Shown in pieces: positions 31,549-32,000 of a stretch of DNA of 32,000 nt; the first letter of the stretch is position 1; every line of letters begins with the position of its first letter. Source of the stretch: Chitinimonas arctica. GTDB taxonomy: Bacteria; Pseudomonadota; Gammaproteobacteria; Burkholderiales; Chitinimonadaceae. The notes beneath the pieces are model-generated. The model was not told the DNA's origin and did no database searches. It saw only the letters and a list, made by a program, of their open reading frames with translations. A program made the translations under genes and the position numbers. The stretch is taken from positions 1,061,715-1,093,714 of the forward strand of contig NZ_CP041730.1 in NCBI RefSeq assembly GCF_007431345.1, written 5' to 3'.

Positions 31549-32000
31549 ATGGTCACTATCGTCGCAGGTCAAGACACCGCTTTGTTCAACGGCACCGTTG
31601 CGCGCTTGGGCGCAGGCTCGGGCATTGAAGCAATAGGGCAAGCCGGAGAGGGGGTCGCGATCAATATCGCCCGCGGCAACCTGGTGGTGCAGCGCCGCGA
31701 CGAAATCCTCCAAGGCAAGGGGCTGGCCAGCGATGTGCTGCGGACCTACAACAGCCAGGCCAAGTTCAGCGACGACAACGCCGATGCCTGGTGGCTGGGC
31801 GGCTATCGGCTGCTGCGCAACCTGACCGGCACGGTCAATACCATCGGGAGCAAGATCGAGCGGATCACGGCCGACGGGAGCGTGCAGGCTTTCGGCTATG
31901 TGGCCGCCGCCGGTGGCCAGCCGGCGCGCTATGTCAGCCAGGATGGCGACGGCGCGCACGACAGCCTCAGTTACGATGGCAGCACCTGGACCTGGCAGGA
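31549..32000 (+). CDS. 5' end of a large secreted repeat/toxin-like protein (runs off the window)
   Basis: The frame is open from ATG 31549 to the window end (150 codons) with G/C-rich third positions. It is not in the ORF track because it has no stop in the window. N-terminus: MVTIVAGQDTALFNG...INIARGNLVVQRRDEILQGKGLASDVLRTYNSQ...DGSTWTW. The pattern is reminiscent of N-termini of large RTX/YD-type exoproteins (from memory only). Confidence 0.5.
   Translation, partial: MVTIVAGQDTALFNGTVARLGAGSGIEAIGQAGEGVAINIARGNLVVQRRDEILQGKGLASDVLRTYNSQAKFSDDNADAWWLGGYRLLRNLTGTVNTIGSKIERITADGSVQAFGYVAAAGGQPARYVSQDGDGAHDSLSYDGSTWTWQ

Noticed and set aside
31402-31959. 185-aa minus-strand ORF at the right end
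   Set aside because: It lies antisense to a better plus-strand frame with G/C-rich third positions. Its C-terminal part would be encoded by the AT-rich intergenic island, and its sequence is low-complexity (A/G/P/D-rich).
1-32000. CRISPR arrays, tRNA/rRNA genes, IS elements, integrases, or phage or defence-system genes
   Set aside because: I scanned the intergenic regions (1153-1364, 5218-5281, 7265-7384, 25766-25912, 29584-29997, 31300-31548) and the ORF list. I found no spaced direct-repeat arrays, no cloverleaf-like sequences and no transposase, recombinase or nuclease-like ORFs. A by-eye scan cannot exclude small ncRNAs.

Overview
GC-rich proteobacterial chromosomal segment. All family calls below come from motif recognition by eye; no database search was run. 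In 60-nt spot counts the flanks are about 65-72% G+C. The composition and the trpS and wlbA-like genes are reminiscent of a Chromobacterium/Neisseriales-type betaproteobacterium, but that is only a guess.

The window is dominated by a ~24-kb minus-strand, tightly packed Wzx/Wzy-type surface-polysaccharide (O-antigen or O-antigen-capsule) locus at 5282-29583. In transcription order it encodes:
- a large non-lipoprotein OPX exporter and a kinase-less PCP (Wzz-like);
- a WbpB/WbpD/WbpE-like 3-oxidation, 3-amination and N-acetylation trio;
- Wzx;
- an orphan 485-aa protein with sialyltransferase-like EEG and HP motifs;
- a HisH/HisF/amidotransferase acetamidino module;
- a Wzy candidate, a GT4 glycosyltransferase and a PglC-type initiating phosphoglycosyltransferase;
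- a second, divergent amidotransferase/HisF/HisH module in the opposite gene order;
- a complete NeuA/NeuB/NeuC plus PglD/PglE/PglF-type set, which predicts a legionaminic-acid-type nonulosonic acid.

Upstream on the plus strand (1365-5217) lies a reduced yjb/gfc-like module: a YjbE/GfcA-like Thr/Ala/Gly-rich secreted mini-protein, a perfect 34-nt palindrome, a YjbH/GfcD-type protein with a C-terminal PAP2 phosphatase domain, and a translationally coupled secreted MORN-repeat protein.

The right flank holds trpS with a C-terminal YegP/DUF1508-like extension, a clean intrinsic terminator, an AT-rich palindrome-dense island, and the 5' end of a large exoprotein or toxin-like gene.

No tRNA/rRNA, CRISPR array, transposase or integrase was recognised. 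The most interesting items are the YjbH-PAP2 fusion module, the two acetamidino modules (which imply a doubly amidino-modified, probably zwitterionic polymer), and the orphan candidate nonulosonic-acid transferase.
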